From Nitrospirota bacterium (GTDB lineage: Bacteria > Nitrospirota > UBA9217): a stretch of DNA of 64,000 bases. How positions within the stretch are numbered: position 1 is the stretch's first letter; each line of letters starts with the position of its first letter. The DNA is taken from the NCBI GenBank assembly GCA_963741205.1, contig CAVUHW010000015.1, positions 137,897-201,896 on the forward strand. Reading direction: 5' to 3'. Of this stretch, positions 10,741 to 22,077 are shown piece after piece. A program made the position numbers and the translations under genes. The notes under the pieces were generated by a model that was not told the DNA's origin, searched no databases, and saw nothing but the letters and a program-made list of their open reading frames with translations.

Positions 10741-12978
10741 ATGGAGAAGAAATTCGGCGTATATATCTGCAAGGGATGCGGCATCAAGGACGCGATGGAC
10801 GTTGAGAAGGTCGCCGGCGCGGCCAAGAAGGTCCAGAACTACAAGTTCCACGACGTCCTGTGCAGCCCCGAGGGCGTTCAGCTGATAAAAGACGATATGG
10901 CGAAGGAAGGCGTGAATACGATCATCATCGCCGCCTGCTCTCCCCGCGTCAAATATCGAAGAATTCGATTTTCCCGGCGCCATCGTCGAGCGCGTCAACA
11001 TCCGCGAGTTCGTGGCCTGGACCATGGAGCCGAACACGGACGCGACGAACGATGCGGCCTACGATTACCTTACCATGGGCATCGTGAAAACCCAGAAAGG
11101 CGACCTGCCGGAGCCGAACATCCTCCCGGACCTGAACAACACGATCCTGGTGATCGGCGGCGGCATCGCCGGCATGACCGCCGCGCTCTCGGCCGCCGGG
11201 GCGGGCGAGAAGGTCGTTCTCGTCGAGAAGGACGCCCAGCTCGGCGGCTTCGTGAACAAGCTCTACAAGAAGATCCCGACCGGTTCCTACTTCAATAAGC
11301 CGCTCATCGTGGACACCGACATCGACAAGACCGTGGCCGAGGTCGAGACCAACCCGAACATCAAGGTCTACAAGTCAACGACCGTGACAAAGACCGACGG
11401 TCAGCCCGGCCTCTACGACGTGACGCTCTCGAACGGCGAGACCATGAAGATCGGGGCCATCGTCATGGCCTCTGGCTGGAAGCCCTACGACGCGACCAAG
11501 CTCGATTACCTGGGCTACGGCAAGTTCAAGAACGTCGTCACGAACCTCGAGCTCGAGGAGATCGCCAGGAAGAACAACGGGAAGCTCCTTCGTCCCTCGG
11601 ACGGAAAGCCGGCCCTCAAGGTCGCCTTTATCCAGTGCGCGGGCCAGCGCGATCCGAACCATCTTCCCTACTGCTCGTCCATGTGCTGCGCCACGTCGCT
11701 CAAGCAGGCCCAGTATGTCCGGCAGAACGAGGACGCCCTTGCCATGATCTTCTACAAGGACATCAGGACGCCGGGCAGGACCGAGCTTTATTACAAAGAG
11801 GCCCAGAACAATCCCGGCGTGATGCTCACCAAGGCGGACGTGACCGGCGTGTCCGACGCGGGGAACGGCAACATGTTCGTTGAGATGGAGAACACCCTTT
11901 TCGGCCTGAAGACCGGCGAGAAGGTCAAGGTGGAGGCGGACCTCGTGGTCCTTGCCACGGGCATGGTCCCGACCACGCGCTGGCCCCAGGAATACGCTGA
12001 CGGCCTGACCAAGGCGGCGGGTCGGCGGCGACGAAGCCAAAAAGAATTACCTCGAGCAGACGCCCAAGCCGGATTACATCCTGAACCTCGGCTATCGCCA
12101 GGGACCGGAAATCCCGACCCTCGAAGGGGCGTCAGGTTTCGCCGACTCGAACTTCATCTGCTTCCAGTATGAGACGCGCCGGACCGGCATCTACGCCGCA
12201 GGCGGCGTGCACCAGCCCATGAACATGGCCGAGGCGCAGGAGGACGGGGCCGGCGCGGCGTTCAAGGCCATCCAGGCCATGGACCACGTGGCGCGCGGCG
12301 TCGCGGTCCATCCCCGCGCCTGGGACGTCACGTTCCCCGATCCGATGCTCATCAAATGCACGGCCTGCAAGCGCTGCACGGAAGAGTGCCCCTTCGGCGC
12401 CATCGACGAGGACGAGAAGGGCATCCCCAAGTACAACCTCAACCGGTGCCGCCGGTGCGGCACCTGCATGGGCGCCTGCCCCGAGCGCATCGTGTCCTTC
12501 AAGGACTACAGCGTGGACATCGTCGGCTCCATGCTCAAGTCGATCGAATACTCCGATGATGAGGACAAGTCCGACGATCATCTGCCTCGTCTGCGAGAAC
12601 GACTCCTACCCGGCGCTCGACACGGCGGCCATTGCCGGAAAGAAGATCGATCCGGCATTCCGGTTCATTTCCATGCGCTGCCTGGGCGGCATGAACCTAG
12701 TGTGGGTTGCCGACGCGCTGTCCAAGGGCGCCGACGGCATGCTGCTTCTCGGCTGCAAGTTCGGCGAGAACTATCAGTGCCACTTCGTCAAGGGCAGCGA
12801 ACTTGCGAACACCCGCTTCAGCAAGGTCAGCGAGACCTTGAACCGGCTCCAGCTCGAATCCGAGCGCGTCCAGCTGATGCAGATCGCCATCAACGAGTAC
12901 GATAAACTGCCGGACATGCTCAATGAGTTTGCTGCCAGGATCAAAGAGATCGGACCGAATCCGTTCAGGACCATGTAA
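10741..12978 (+). CDS. qmoB: QmoB, HdrA-like plus ferredoxin plus MvhD domain (frameshifts)
   Basis: GVYIC.GC, AACSPR, IQCAGQRD, CTACKRCTEECPF, C-terminal MvhD-like GCKFGENYQCHF. Confidence 0.9.
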
Positions 12979-13054
12979 ACAGAATGCGGATTGCGGAGTG
13001 CGGAATTAGAAGAAATAAAATCACTCCTAACACTGTAATTGGAGGATGAGATAT

Positions 13055-14235
13055 ATGTCAGAAGCAACGGTTATCAAACCTGACTTGCAGTTCGTGAACG
13101 AGATCATCAAGGGCGGCGGCGAGTCGCTGAAGAAGTGCTACCAGTGCGCCACCTGCTCGGTGGTCTGCAACGTGACCCCCGAGGGGAACCCCTTCCCGCG
13201 CAAGGAGATGGTCCTCGCCCAGTGGGGCCAGAAGGACAAGCTCATCACGAGCGCCGACGTGTGGCTCTGCCACCAGTGCAGCGACTGCACGGCCTACTGC
13301 CCGCGCGGCGCCAAGCCCGGCGAAGTGCTGAACGCCATCAGGAAGCAGAGCATCAAGCACGTGGCGATGATGCCCTTCTTCGCGAAGATCGCGACCGGAC
13401 GCGAAGCTCCTGCCGATCCTCTTCGCCATCCCCATGGCGCTTTTCTACGTCATCCTGATGGTGCTCGGGAACTACGGACATTACGAACATCCCAAGGGCG
13501 GAAGGCGGCATCATGGCCTACCACAAGTTCGTTCCCGTGCCGGTGATCGACACTGTGTTCATCCTGACGGCGATCTTCGCCGCCGTGTCGGCCTTCGTGG
13601 GGATCAAGCGCCTCTGGAACGGCATGAAGGCCCAGGCTGGCCTCGATGCCGTCCAGCGGCAGTCTCGTCGGGAGACATCATCGCCTCCGTCACCCAGATC
13701 CTGGCCCATTCGAAGTTCGCCGACTGCAACGTGAACCGGACGCGTCAGTGGGGCCACATGCTCCTCTTCTACGCCTTTGCCGGGCTTGCGGTCGTCACGA
13801 CCTGGGCGATCATCTACCTCTATGGCTTTGAACTCCTCGGCATTCAGCCGTTCGGGCCCTTCCATTTCGGAGAATCGCCGTACCCGAACAGCGATCCCGT
13901 GAAGATCCTTGCCCTCGCGAGTTCCATCGCCTTCGCCGCCGGCGTCGTGATCCTCCTCATGAACCGGTTTGCCCAGGCCGGAAAGGCGGGCATGGGTTCC
14001 TATTTCGACTGGATCTTCCTCACGATCGTGATCGGCGTCGGCGCAACGGGCATGCTCGCCTGGGCGCTCCGGCTGGCCGACATGAACGCCGGCTACCTGG
14101 TGTACTATTTCCACCTGGTGTTCATCTGGTCGCTTGTTCGCCTATGCGCCGTACTCGAAGTTCGCGCACCTGTTCTACCGCACGACCGCGATGGTGTTCG
14201 CGAAACGCAGGTACCGGCAGCGAGTAGCGCGATGA
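13055..14235 (+). CDS. qmoC: QmoC, 2x[4Fe-4S] plus transmembrane heme-b domain (frameshifts)
   Basis: CYQCATCSVVC, WLCHQCSDCTAYCPRGA, TM helices with His, YAPYSKFAH. Confidence 0.9.
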
Positions 14236-14284
14236 AGAAGCTAAAAGACCTCGCTTTCGCACCATTATTTACGGAGTCGAAGCC

Positions 14285-14732
14285 ATGAAAGTCAAAGAAC
14301 TGTTAAGCATCAAGGGAATTGAGTGCTTCAGCATCACGAGCGACCAGTCGCTGCTCGACGCGGCAAAGCAGATGACGGAGTGCAACATCGGCGCGCTCCT
14401 GGTCATGGACCGGGGATCTCTCGTCGGCATCATCACCGAGCGCGACATCGTCAAGAACACCGCGAATGAAGCGACGCAGTGCAGGGACGTGAAGATCAAG
14501 GACGTCATGAGCACGAACCTGCTGGTGGTCAAGCCCGGCGACGACCTCGATTACGTCATGGCCATCATGATCCAGAACAACATCCGCCATACGCCGGTCA
14601 TCGAGGAGAGCGGGCTGGTCGGGCCTTCTTTCCATGCGGGATGTGGTCCGGGTGCTGGTAAAGAACCTGAAGGCCGAAAACCATTACCTGAAAGACATGA
14701 TCGGCGGCAAGTTCGGCGAAGTGGGCGATTAA
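14285..14732 (+). CDS. Stand-alone CBS-pair protein (frameshift near 14625)
   Basis: NIGALLV, LVGIITERDIV, IRHTPVI CBS motifs. Confidence 0.85.
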
Positions 14733-14900
14733 GGACGCGGCGTTTCTAAAACGTTCACGGAGGGAGGGATGCCGGGAGGAAGGACGACAGGCTGTCATGT
14801 AGCAGTGCCTGCCTCATCGCGTTCAAGCGATGACCGGGAATCATTAAATCTGAGAGACGTTATTTTCTTATAGAATCTTAATTTAAAAGGAGGAGCAATA

Positions 14901-16982
14901 ATGAGTAACACGATTCTTTTTGCCCTGGTATGCGGCGTTGCCGGCGTCATCTACGGCATCATAACCGCGATCTGGGTGAACAAGCAGGATGCAGGCAATC
15001 AGAAAATGATCGACATTTCCAACGCAGTGAAGGAAGGCGCTAATGCGTTCCTGGCGCGCGAGTACAAGACAGTTGCAATGGTTGCAGTTGATTCTGGTCC
15101 TTATCCTGGCGTTCGTTCCCGCCCTCGGTATGTGGGCAGCCGCCGGATTTATCATCGGTACCGTGGGTTCCGCCCTTGCCGGCTTCATCGGCATGTGGGT
15201 GTCGCTCCGTGCCAACGTTCGTACGGCAGCGGCAGCGAGCAAAGGCCTCCAGGCCGCGCTCAGCCTTGCGTTCAAGGGCGGCTCCGTGACCGGCATCATG
15301 GTCGTGGGCCTCGGCATCATCGGCCTTGCAGGTTTTTACCTCATCGCCAAAACGTTTGCTCCGGCTGAGCAGGTATCCACCGCGCTCATCGGGCTCGGCT
15401 TCGGCTGCTCGCTCATGAGCGTGTTCGCCCGTATCGCGGGCGGCATCTACACCAAGGCCGCTGACGTGGGCGCCGACCTCGTGGGTAAGGTTGAGAAGAA
15501 CATCCCCGAAGACGATCCGCGCAACCCGGCCGTGATCGCCGACAACGTGGGCGACAACGTGGGCGACTGTGCCGGTATGGCCGCCGACCTCTATGAGACC
15601 TACACGGTGACCCTCGTGGCCGCCATGCTCCTCGCCAAGACCGTGTTCGGCGCAAGCAGCCCCTGGATCGAGTTCCCGCTCATGCTCGGCGGCGTTTCGA
15701 TCATCGCTTCCATCGTGGGCACCTACTTCGTAAGACTCGGCAAGAACAACTACATCATGGGCGCCCTGTACAAGGGCCTTGCCGTTGCAGGCGTTATCGC
15801 GGCAGTTGCGTTCTACTTCGTGGCCAAGAGCTTCATCGACGGCCTCGGCGCCAATGCCGGCGTATTCACGGCGAACACCGTGTTCTTCATCTCCCTCATC
15901 GGCCTTGCCCTCACCGGCCTGATCGTGTGGATCACCGAGTATTTCACCGCTAAAGAGTATTCCCCGGTGCAGCACATTGCACAGGCGAGCCTGACCGGCC
16001 ACGGCACGAACGTGATCGCCGGACTCGCAGTCAGCATGAAGTCCACCTCAGCGCCGGTGCTCGTGATCGTTGCCTCGATCCTCGGCGCTTACTGGCTTGG
16101 CGGCGGATTCTCCGGCCAGGCGAACGCAGCATCCGGCGGCATCTTTGCCATCGCGCTGGCAGCGGTGTCCATGCTCTCCATGACCGGTATCGTTGTGGCC
16201 ATCGACTCCTACGGCCCGATCACGGACAATGCGGGCGGCGTCGCTGAAATGGCCGGGCTCCCGAAAGAGATCCGCGATATCACGGATCCCCTCGATGCGG
16301 TCGGCAACACCACCAAGGCAGTGACCAAGGGCTATGCCATCGGCTCCGCGGCCCTTGCCGCTTTGGTGCTGTTCTCGGAATATTCACGCTCCTTCGGCAC
16401 AACGATCCTGTTCGACCTTTCGAACCCCATGGTTCTTTGCGGCCTGTTCATCGGCGGCCTGCTCCCCTACTACTTCGGCGCGCTCCTTATGGAGTCCGTG
16501 GCTAAGGCAGCAGGCGGCGTGGTGGAGGAAGTTCGCAGACAGTTCCGCGAGATCAAGGGCATCATGGAAGGCACCGGCAAGCCGGAGTACGGCAAGTGCG
16601 TTGACATCGTGACCAAGAGCGCCATCCATGAGATGATGCTCCCGGCGCTCCTTCCGGTGGTCGTACCGGTCGCTGGTGGGTCTCCTCCTGGGCAAAGAAG
16701 CCCTGGGCGGCGTGCTCATCGGCGCCATTGTGACCGGTCTGTTCCAGGCCATCGCCATGACCTCCGGCGGCGGCGCATGGGACAATGCCAAGAAGTCCTT
16801 TGAAGACGGCGTCACGGACAGCAAGGGCGTCGTGCACAAGAAGGGCAGCGACGGCCACAAGGCCTCGGTAACCGGCGACACGGTCGGCGATCCTTACAAG
16901 GATACCGCGGGCCCGGCCATCAACCCGATGATCAAGGTCATCAACATCGTTGCGCTTCTGATCGTTCCGTTGATCAAGTTAA
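14901..16982 (+). CDS. hppA: Membrane H+-translocating pyrophosphatase, K+-independent type (frameshifts)
   Basis: [55 protein letters not shown]. Confidence 0.95.
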
Positions 16983-17005
16983 TACGCAGCATATCGTATA
17001 CCAGC

Positions 17006-17039
17006 AAGGCTGCCCCACTCGATGGGGCAGCCTTTTTTT
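17006..17039 (+). terminator. Intrinsic terminator after hppA
   Basis: AAGGCTGCCCCA-CTCGA-TGGGGCAGCCTT followed by a T run. Confidence 0.85.
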
Positions 17040-17102
17040 ATCGCTGCCGCGCCGCATTCGCTGCTTGAAATTTAAGCGTAAAGTGGTATTATTCACAGGT
17101 TT

Positions 17103-17597
17103 ATGCGCGATGTTGAGGTATTAATCAAGGCCGGTTGCTCCCCTGATGTCGTGGCCCACTGCAGATGGTTTCCCGCACGGCGTTATCGATTGCCGAACGT
17201 ATGACGGTTTCGGTCGACCGGGAACTGGTACGGTTGGGCGGCCTCTTCCACGACATCGGCAGGTCGAGGACGCACGGGATCGAACATGCTGTGGCAGGGG
17301 CGGAGATCGCACGGAGTCTCGGCTTTTCAGACGGCGCTCGTCAATATCATCGAACGTCACATCGGAGCAGGCATAACCGCCGCAGAGGCAGAGCGGCTCG
17401 GGCTTCCCAAAAAGGATTATCTGCCGCTGACACCGGAGGAGAAAGATCGTGTCCTACGCCGATAATCTGTCAGCGGGGTGCGGGAAATGCCGTTTTATGA
17501 AGCGCTCGACCGGTTCAAGGACATCCTCGGACCGGACCATGAAGGCGTCGAGCTTTTCATAAAGCAGCATCATGAGATACAGGGGTGGATGAAGTGA
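17103..17597 (+). CDS. HD(IG)-domain phosphohydrolase (frameshifted)
   Basis: [45 protein letters not shown] across frames. Confidence 0.75.
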
Positions 17598-17674
17598 ACC
17601 AATATTCGGCATTGCGGAATGCGGAATAAAAGACGAGGAATAAGACAAAGCAATAAGGATCAGAAGAGGATGTC

Positions 17675-18645
17675 ATGAAAGACAAAAAGACAAAATGGTA
17701 GCGGAAGATTTTATGTCGAACCGCTCAAAAAAAGCAGCTCCGACAAGGTCGTGCCCGTGAAACTGACGGAGAACAGCAGGTTCAAATTCCGCTGCCACAA
17801 GGGGGTCAGGTGTTTTACCGCCTGCTGCAGCAACATCAACATCGTGCTGCCGCCCTACGACCTGCTGCGCCTCAGGAAGACGGCTCGGCATGACGCTCCG
17901 AGGACTTCATCAACGAATACTGCGAGATCGAGATCCTTGCCAAGACCCTGCTGCCGGTGATCACGCTCAGGATGCGGGACGACGAGAAAAAGAGTTGCCC
18001 CTTCCTGACGCCCGACGGCTGTACGGTATACGAGGACCGTCCGAACATCTGCCGGTATTATCCCGTGGGCATGGCGACCTTGAGAAAGAAGGACGCGGAG
18101 GGCGGCAAGGACGAGTTCTACTTCATGACCAAGGAGGACCACTGCAAGGGTTTCGAGGAGGACAAGGAGTGGACCATCGACGAGTGGCGCAAGGACCAGG
18201 AGGCGGACCTGCTACGATGAAATGAACCGCGGCTGGATGGACATCCTGATCAAGAAGAAGTCCTTCGGCGAGAAGGAGTTTCCGGACATCAAGAACCAGA
18301 TGTTCTTCATGGTCAGCACGAACACCGACTATTTCCGCGAGTTCGTTTTCGGAAGCAGCTTCCTTGAGACCTACGACATCCCTGCCGGAGCGGATCGAGA
18401 AGGTGCGGACAGACGATGCGGAACTCCTGAAGCTTGCCTACGAGTGGCTCCGGTCGTCGATGTTCGCGGAGGAGACCCTGAAGTTCCGGGAAGGGGTCCT
18501 CGAGGCGCGCAAGGACCGGGCCGATGCAACCATGAGGAAGGTGTACGGGAAGAAAGAGAAGGGGCAGATCGGAGATATGATTGGACGTCAGGAAGTGTCA
18601 CGCCCCTATGTGCCATCTTGCAACATTAAGCTCATTTCATCATAG
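17675..18645 (+). CDS. YkgJ/FliB-family cysteine-cluster protein (frameshifted)
   Basis: FRCHKGVRCFTACC, CPFL...GCTVYEDRPNICRYYP, EDHCKG. Confidence 0.8.
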
Positions 18646-19371
18646 ATCGCATTGCCTATCGTAATGCCCTGATCGATAAATTCCGGGCCGTATCGCTTGC
18701 CGGTATCGGTCCGGAACGTTTCCTTGATTTTTTCGATGCCTTTCATTTTTTCCTTAAAGATCCGGTGAAGCGCTTCCGGACGGCGTGTTGTGCGCATCCA
18801 CCATGAGCCAGAGCGTGGTTGTGAAATTCTCCGGCCCCCACCTGAACTTGTCGGCATCGTAGAGCGCGTCGCTCACGAGCTGTCCCGCCGCGTCGTCGCG
18901 ATCAAACGTTTCCTGAAACGCTTCATGGTTCCTGATGGCATCCGCGATGTACTGCCGGTCCCGGAGACCCATGCCAAGACTCGCCAGAATTTTTTCCGCT
19001 TCGATGCTGCCCCGCACCGCGTGGTCCTGCTCTTTTCGCTTGATGTCGTGGAGCAGTCCGGCGATGATCGCCGCCGTGAAAAGGGTATCGACGTCCGAAT
19101 TCACGAGCCCGTTTTCCCGCGCTTCAATGAGGACGATGGCCCCCGCGTCGCGCGCAACCGATTCGCAGTGGCAGAGACCGTGAGCGCATTCCAGTTCAGA
19201 CGCGTCAAGGTGCTCCCTGCACCTGCTGACGGTCTCGTTCGACAGGAGCGTTTCATTTGCACGGCGTACGGCGGCTTCATGCCTTTCGTAGAACGGTGGT
19301 TTCGGCAGGGTACCCGCGACCCGGTGCGCCGTGGCGCGCAGTTTTTGATAGAGCGGCAGGCTCATGGGCAT
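18606..19371 (-). CDS. HD-domain protein (frameshift near 18780)
   Basis: HGLCHC, GLLHDI, DHAVRG, IRNHE, LYDADK. Confidence 0.75.
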
Positions 19372-19430
19372 CTATATTAGACGTTCTCCACGAACCTTGT
19401 CAAGACGAGTTTTTTGACCATATCTTCAGA

Positions 19431-19460
19431 TTGACAGGTCTTCGCTACATAGGGTAATAT
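19431..19460 (+). promoter_or_regulatory. Putative sigma70 promoter of guaA
   Basis: TTGACA-18 bp-TAATAT; a divergent TTGACA lies at 19398-19403 on the minus strand. Confidence 0.5.
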
Positions 19461-19495
19461 GGCCGTACTTTTTCGGGTTTTGAAAGGAGTCTTCC

Positions 19496-21068
19496 GTGTC
19501 CGACATCCACAGCGAACGAATATTGATTCTCGACTTCGGGTCCCAGTATACCCAGCTCATCGCTCGGCGCGTGCGCGAGTCAAAGGTCTACTGCGAAATC
19601 TATCCTTACAACGCCGGGCTCGATAAGATCAAGGTCCTTCCGGCCGAAGGGGCTGATCCTTTCCGGCGGCCCGTCGAGCGTCTATGATCCCGGCGCGCCG
19701 CTCATCGACAAACCGCACCTTGAACTGGGCGTACCAGTACTCGGCATCTGTTACGGCATGCAGCTTTTGACCCACGTGCTGGGAGGCGCCGTTGCCAAGT
19801 CGGCAAAGCGCGAGTACGGCAGGGCGGAGTTGAACATCGACGACTCAGCCGGTCTATTTGAAGGTCTCGGCTCCCAACCCGCAGCCCGCAACCCGCAACC
19901 CGGAACCGTTGTCTGGATGAGCCACGGCGACCGTATCGAGAAGATGCCGGAAGGGTTCCACGCGATCGCCCACACGAATAATTCCCCGACTGCCGCAATG
20001 GCCGATGAGAAGCGGAAGTTTTACGGCGTTCAGTTCCATCCCGAAGTCGCGCATACGCCCCAGGGCGTACAGATCCTCAGGAACTTCGTCTACACGATCT
20101 GCGGGTGCAAACCGTCGTGGACCATGGCCTCATTCGTTGACTATTCCGTCGAGGAGATACGAAAGGCCGTGGGAAGCAAACAGGCGGTGTGCGGCCTCTC
20201 GGGCGGCGTCGATTCCTCGGTCGCCGCCGTTCTCGTGCACAAGGCCATCGGCAAGCAGCTTACCTGTATCTTCGTGAACAACGGCGTGCTCAGGAAGGAC
20301 GAGGCGGAGAAGGTGCAGCATTCCTTTAAAGACATGGGGCTGAACCTCAAGTACGTGGACGCCTCGCAGGAGTTTCTCACCCGCCTGAGCGGGGTCGAGG
20401 ACCCTGAGAAAAAACGGAAGATCATCGGCAACACCTTCATCGAGGTCTTCGAGCGGGAAGCTCATGCCGTGGGCGGGGCCGAGTTTCTCGTCCAGGGCAC
20501 GCTGTACCCGGACGTGATCGAGAGCGTCTCGTTTAAAGGTCCTTCTGCGGTCATCAAGTCCCACCACAACGTCGGAGGCCTGCCGGAAAAGATGAAGCTG
20601 AAGCTCGTGGAGCCGCTCAGGGAGCTGTTCAAGGATGAGGTCAGGGCCATCGGACGCGAGATGAAGATGCCCGACGACATCATCGACCGGCAGCCCTTCC
20701 CCGGACCGGGTCTCGCCATCCGCATCCTGGGAGAGGTGACCGAACCGAGGCTCGCCATCCTGCGCGAGGCCGACGCCATCGTGATCGAGGAGATCAAGAA
20801 GGCGGGTTTGTACAAGCAGATCTGGCAGTCCTTTGCCGTGCTGCTCCCGATCAAGACCGTGGGCGTAATGGGCGACGAGAGGACCTATGAGAACGTCGTC
20901 GCCATCCGCGCAGTCACGAGCCAGGACGGCATGACCGCGGACTGGGCGAAGATCCCCTATGATCTTCTGGGCGTCATGTCGAACCGGATCATCAATGAAG
21001 TAAAAGGCGTGAACCGCGTGGTCTTCGACATCTCGTCCAAGCCGCCGAGCACGATCGAGTGGGAATGA
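19496..21068 (+). CDS. guaA: GMP synthase (glutamine-hydrolysing), frameshift near 19640
   Basis: [56 protein letters not shown]. Confidence 0.97.
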
Positions 21069-21162
21069 GCTAAGCAGGCGCGGAAACAGCGGGACCAGGA
21101 GACGCCTCGATCAAAAATGTTTTTACGGCACATCGCCGCGTCAGATTCTCGGCAACAAATTC

Positions 21163-21882
21163 ATGCAGGACAAGATGCAAAAGCTTAAGAGCTGTCTGAA
21201 CATAGGGCTGGTCCTCCTGTCGTCGGACTTCCGCGTCATCGGCATGAACGATTATGCGAAGATGCTCCTCGCTCCGGCCATGGGGGAAGGGCTGGGAAAA
21301 AATCTTCTGGACTACCATCCCCGCAAGACCCAGGAAAAGATCAAGGGTCTCCTGCAGGAACTGAGCGAGGCCGAGGCCGACACGCCTTTTGCCATGGTCA
21401 TCGACGTGCTGAACAAGGTGCTGATGATCAACCTCTCCCGGTTCGAGATCGTCATACCTGTGCCGCGGCCCCATTGGGCCATGACCTTCATCGATGTGAG
21501 CGAACAGACTGGCGCCGCCATGAACACGAGCAGCGGCAGAGTGGAGCTCAAAAAGTTCCCGGTCTACGACAACGGTGTTTGCCGTTTTCTCGACGCCGAT
21601 TCGGTCTATTGCTTCCGGGCCGACGGTAATTATTGCAAGGTATTTACCGTTGACCGGTCCTATTACCTGCACCTGAGCTTGAAGGTCATCCTCCAGCGGT
21701 ATACAGGGCCGAACTTTTTCCGGGTCCACAAGAGCGCTGTCGTGAACCTGAAGCACGTGCGGGGAATTTCCGTGTCTTCCGACGGACAGGCCATGATCAC
21801 CTTTGACCGCGAAACCATCCCGTCCGTCCCCATCGCCCGCCGTAAACTGGCCGAGTTCAAGGAGGCCCTTGCCATTCTATAG
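21163..21882 (+). CDS. rcoM: RcoM-like PAS-LytTR transcriptional regulator (putative heme CO sensor)
   Basis: N-terminal PAS with LLDYHP His and downstream Met; C-terminal LytTR (ADGNY, FFRVHKSAVVN, VPIARR); directly upstream of cooS. Confidence 0.75.
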   Translation: MQDKMQKLKSCLNIGLVLLSSDFRVIGMNDYAKMLLAPAMGEGLGKNLLDYHPRKTQEKIKGLLQELSEAEADTPFAMVIDVLNKVLMINLSRFEIVIPVPRPHWAMTFIDVSEQTGAAMNTSSGRVELKKFPVYDNGVCRFLDADSVYCFRADGNYCKVFTVDRSYYLHLSLKVILQRYTGPNFFRVHKSAVVNLKHVRGISVSSDGQAMITFDRETIPSVPIARRKLAEFKEALAIL

Positions 21883-21883
21883 A

Positions 21884-21967
21884 CCGTTCATCACCGTCTA
21901 TCTGCCGTTCGTCACGAACTGTCTAAACCCCTTGCCCGCTCATCACCATTTTTTTACCGTTTGTCAA
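21884..21967 (+). promoter_or_regulatory. Four LytTR-type direct repeats upstream of cooS
   Basis: CCGTTCATCAC (21884), CCGTTCGTCAC (21905), CCGCTCATCAC (21936), CCGTTTGTCAA (21957); spacings 21/31/21 bp. Confidence 0.8.
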
Positions 21968-22077
21968 CGATTTCTTGAACCCTCTTCCCCTCCGATGTAA
22001 TCTCAGTACAGGCAAAGCCCGCATTGTCGAAGAACGACGGGCTCTGCGAAAACAGGTCTCGACAGGAGGGCAAAGCT

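Noticed and set aside
5500-19760. Many frameshifts in sat, aprA, qmoABC, hppA and guaA (also uvrA, arcC and the NtrC gene) read as pseudogenisation or programmed frameshifting
   Set aside because: They are single-base indels scattered through essential genes, with otherwise intact motifs and no consistent slippery site. This is best explained by long-read consensus error, and read polishing would confirm it.
21884-21967. Direct repeats as a mini-CRISPR
   Set aside because: Units are only 11 bp with 10-20 bp gaps, which fits LytTR operator geometry.
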